64,000 nucleotides of DNA, taken from positions 1 through 64,000 of the forward strand of contig VRVR01000060.1 in NCBI GenBank assembly GCA_009859145.1. The letters are read 5' to 3'. The stretch comes from Andalucia godoyi And28. Its lineage: Eukaryota; Protista; Jakobida. The translations under genes and the position numbers were made by a program. Under the pieces are notes generated by a model. It was not told the DNA's origin, made no database searches, and was given only the letters and a program-made list of their open reading frames with translations. Below, piece by piece: positions 60,957 to 64,000 of the stretch. The stretch's first letter is position 1; each line of letters opens with the position of its first letter.

Positions 60957-63900
60957 TCAAATCATCATAAAAACTACAAGGAAAAGCAACAGAATTCCAT
61001 GTCGCACGGTCGTAGCGGATACAGTACTGGACGTTCCAACAATCTCACAACTCGCCGAGGCTGCTTTGAACACTTGCCCCTCTGAACACGGAGTACACGC
61101 ACTTGCACCAGCGCCTGAGTACGTCCCCGCCGCGCACACCGAGCACACCGAGCCGTTCGCCGCTGCATACGTCCCGGCACTGCATTGCACGCACGACGAC
61201 GCACCGCCTGCCGACATCCATCCAGATGCGCACGGCAAGCATGCATTCATTCCGCTTGCGTTTGCAAATGTTCCCGCAGCGCACACCGAGCACGACGAAG
61301 CGCCACTTTGTGAGTATCGTCCGGCAGCACACGGAGTGCACGACGTGCTGCCGCTCGTGTTCGACGCCGTCCCAGCAGCGCACGGAGTGCACACCGACGC
61401 AGAGGTGCTGCTACTGTACGTTCCGCGTTCACAAGGAGTGCACGATGTGCTTCCAGTCATGTTCGCAGCCGTGCCCGCCGCGCACGGAGTGCACACAGAC
61501 GCATTCCATTGCGAAAACGAACCCCGCGCACAAGGCAGGCACGTGCTGTTTCCCCGACCCGTAACGTTCCGTGTGCAGAGAATGGGAAGCGTCAAATCGT
61601 AGAACGACCCCAGACTCCACCAGTGGTTCGCCGCGGACCCGTATTCGGCATAGCCAGCAGGAACGCTTCCGTGCACCACAGTCATCAGGTACCACCGGCT
61701 TGTCGAAGCCTTGATTTGCGAATGGTACGAAAGCCACAAGCTCCACAACCGCGATTCCATGTCCGTCGTGCTTACGTTGAGTCGCAACTGCGCTTCCAGC
61801 GACGCCAGCTGCGATTGATTCAGTTGCTGAAACACTGCAAAGTCGGCCACGTGCCAATCGGTGCTGTTCAGGTCTCCGGCACACCACGCATTCAGCTGCG
61901 ACAGACTCGTCACTGTCGAAACATCGGAACTCGAAATCAAGCGCCGGTTTCCCAGCCCGTACACCACCTCCGTCCCGTTCTTGTTCTTCTCTGCGTCTCC
62001 GCTCACCGGGCCCAAATACTGCCCAGCCACGCAAGCGCTCCCCGTCTGGCACGAACTGGATCCCGGAGGCGAAGTCGTTCCTGCAGCACACGGAGTACAC
62101 GCACTTGCACCAGCGCCTGAGTACGTCCCCGCCGCGCACACCGAGCACACCGAGCCGTTCGCCGCTGCATACGTCCCGGCACTGCATTGCACGCACGACG
62201 ACGCACCGCCTGCCGACATCCATCCAGATGCGCACGGCAAGCATGCATTCATTCCGCTTGCGTTTGCAAATGTTCCCGCAGCGCACACCGAGCACGACGA
62301 AGCGCCACTTTGTGAGTACCGTCCGGCAGCACACGGAGTGCACGACGTGCTGCCGCTCGTGTTCGACGCCGTCCCAGCAGCGCACGGAGTGCACGCATTG
62401 TGATACACGTTCCAGTACGTCCCAGGAGAGCAGAGCGTCTGTGGTGGCACCGCAATATTGCACGTCGTACCTGACCATCCAGCATCACATACACATTGAT
62501 TTTGAGAAGAACAAGATCCGTGACCGCCACAGGTAGACAACGGATCACAACTTGCGTTGATGTTGCACTTGTCTCCCGTCCACCCCGAGAAGCAGACGCA
62601 CGCATATGATGATGCGCAAGTGCCGTGCCCTGAACAAGTTGTGGAAGCACTACACGAGGTTCGGATCTTACAAGTTGCGCCCATCCATCCATTGAAACAT
62701 GCGCAGCTGTTGTCTGTATTGCATGCCCCGTTTCCAGAACACGTAGACTCATTACACACCGGTCGCGTAAGATTACAGGCAGGTCCAAAGCGACCGGGAT
62801 TACACGCGCAGGTGTCGTCAGCATTGCAAGAACCATATCCGCTGCATGTTAATGCTGGTGAACACGAACATGAACCCCCTCTCCAGGGGGTATGACACCA
62901 ACAAATGCCGTCGGGCGAGCACGAACCTCGTCCAGAACAAGTCGATGTACTGTTGCAAAATAGAGAGCACGTCGGTCCGTACCAGGTTGTATGACAAGAA
63001 CAAGAATTGTCGTATTTGCAGTATCCCTTTCCAAAACCACAGCTGGAAGTGGGAAGGGAAGTGTTAATTGCAAACACATATCCATATACACTCGCAGCAT
63101 ACAAGAGATCGTTTGACATGTACAAAGCGCCCTGATCCATCCCATTGGTTGTTCCGAAACGCCATAGATATTCTCCAGTTGTTGCATTGTAGGCGAAGAC
63201 CGACAATGAACCAGTGCCAACGTACGTCACGCCGTTCATCACCAGAGGAGATCCGAACTGAGCACTCGCGTCTTGCGACCACGATAATTTTCCAGATAAA
63301 GCTTCAAACGACCAGAGCCGACCTTGTTTGCCAGCCGAGAAATCCGAACCAATCAACACAGTTCGATCGACATGAGAGATTGCTGGCTGATTTTGCATCG
63401 TGTAGTAGGAAACCCACTCACCAAGACCAGCCTTCCAAATCACAGACATATTGCCGGAGCTCGACGAAATATTAACGCAGTACAGGTTTGCATCTTGCGC
63501 TGCAACGTATATCACAGGAAATCCTGTTATGTTTGTGGCTCGCGGCTGACCTCGAACCTTTCCTCCGAGAGTAATAGTCGATACCAACGCTCCATTGGTG
63601 ACATTAACGCGATACAACTTGGAATCATCACAGCCCATTATCAATGTTTTGTGGAAATGATCATATTCCATGTCCGCACCGTCGAAACCGAATCCATTTC
63701 GACAGTAAGAAACCTTCCATTTGATCGTGCCATTCACTACAAATAACGCCCAAATGTCTGTGTATAAAGAGTTGTCCATGAAGATGACAGTATCATTCCC
63801 GACGAGAAAGGGTCTCCTGTTCACATTAACATTAGTGGGAGCAGAAACACTCCAGCGCATCGTACCATTCGCAGCATTCAGAGCATACATTTTCCCGTCG

Positions 63901-64000
63901 TCGCTTCCGACGAAGACAGTGTCATTGCTGGCCACTATTTTGCCAAAAGTCCTTGTTCCTGGAAATTCCCACAGCACTGTTCCAGTGGAAGCATTGATCG
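60957..64000 (-). CDS. 5'-partial surface protein: PQQ-like beta-propeller, EGF/tenascin-like repeats, GCC2/GCC3 (ephrin-receptor-like) Cys repeats, lectin-like insert, C-terminal hydrophobic anchor
   Basis: The frame stays open to the window edge (...INASTGTVLWEF). VFVGSDDGKMYALNAANGTMRW propeller blades, CSGHGTC..C.C..GW.G.C EGF repeats, CTPCAAGT repeats, terminal GILLLFLVVFMMI. Confidence 0.92.
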   Translation of the reverse strand, partial: INASTGTVLWEFPGTRTFGKIVASNDTVFVGSDDGKMYALNAANGTMRWSVSAPTNVNVNRRPFLVGNDTVIFMDNSLYTDIWALFVVNGTIKWKVSYCRNGFGFDGADMEYDHFHKTLIMGCDDSKLYRVNVTNGALVSTITLGGKVRGQPRATNITGFPVIYVAAQDANLYCVNISSSSGNMSVIWKAGLGEWVSYYTMQNQPAISHVDRTVLIGSDFSAGKQGRLWSFEALSGKLSWSQDASAQFGSPLVMNGVTYVGTGSLSVFAYNATTGEYLWRFGTTNGMDQGALYMSNDLLYAASVYGYVFAINTSLPTSSCGFGKGYCKYDNSCSCHTTWYGPTCSLFCNSTSTCSGRGSCSPDGICWCHTPWRGGSCSCSPALTCSGYGSCNADDTCACNPGRFGPACNLTRPVCNESTCSGNGACNTDNSCACFNGWMGATCKIRTSCSASTTCSGHGTCASSYACVCFSGWTGDKCNINASCDPLSTCGGHGSCSSQNQCVCDAGWSGTTCNIAVPPQTLCSPGTYWNVYHNACTPCAAGTASNTSGSTSCTPCAAGRYSQSGASSCSVCAAGTFANASGMNACLPCASGWMSAGGASSCVQCSAGTYAAANGSVCSVCAAGTYSGAGASACTPCAAGTTSPPGSSSCQTGSACVAGQYLGPVSGDAEKNKNGTEVVYGLGNRRLISSSDVSTVTSLSQLNAWCAGDLNSTDWHVADFAVFQQLNQSQLASLEAQLRLNVSTTDMESRLWSLWLSYHSQIKASTSRWYLMTVVHGSVPAGYAEYGSAANHWWSLGSFYDLTLPILCTRNVTGRGNSTCLPCARGSFSQWNASVCTPCAAGTAANMTGSTSCTPCERGTYSSSTSASVCTPCAAGTASNTSGSTSCTPCAAGRYSQSGASSCSVCAAGTFANASGMNACLPCASGWMSAGGASSCVQCSAGTYAAANGSVCSVCAAGTYSGAGASACTPCSEGQVFKAASASCEIVGTSSTVSATTVRHGILLLFLVVFMMI
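61086..62394. repeat. Intragenic direct duplication: 61086-61392 and 62088-62394 (307 bp, offset 1002)
   Basis: Only one difference seen by eye (TGAGTATCGT vs TGAGTACCGT), synonymous on the coding strand. Confidence 0.92.

Noticed and set aside
60974-62895. Many overlapping ORFs on both strands, and the repeats as a possible CRISPR-like array
   Set aside because: Shadows of the GC-rich Cys-repeat coding sequence. There are no constant repeats with unique spacers anywhere in the window, and the sequence is eukaryotic.

Overview
This is the left end of a chromosome of an intron-poor microbial eukaryote; the taxon cannot be assigned from sequence alone. The window opens with 234 bp of mixed CCCTAA/CCCTAAA telomeric repeat, and a 1041-aa orphan ORF runs straight into it and takes its stop codon from it. 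The rest is an accessory subtelomeric region. Mobile elements: two TA-flanked Tc1/mariner-superfamily DNA transposons with TIRs read directly from the sequence (a decayed pogo/Fot1-like element and a near-intact DD33E element) and a 5'-truncated LINE remnant. Conflict/immunity-type genes: two trypsin-like protease fusions, a caspase-like C14 peptidase, a Crinkler-like REase-kinase with a decayed paralog, a HET-E-like WD40-kinase, a ZNFX1-like helicase fused to three AAA+ domains, and a head-to-head GTPase/pseudo-GTPase pair. Surface and membrane proteins include a gustatory-receptor-like 7TM protein, a LamG-IPT-EGF receptor split by one in-frame stop, and a PQQ-propeller/EGF/Cys-repeat protein that runs off the right edge. 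Several pseudogenes lie between them. All domain calls come from motif recognition by eye; no database search was run.
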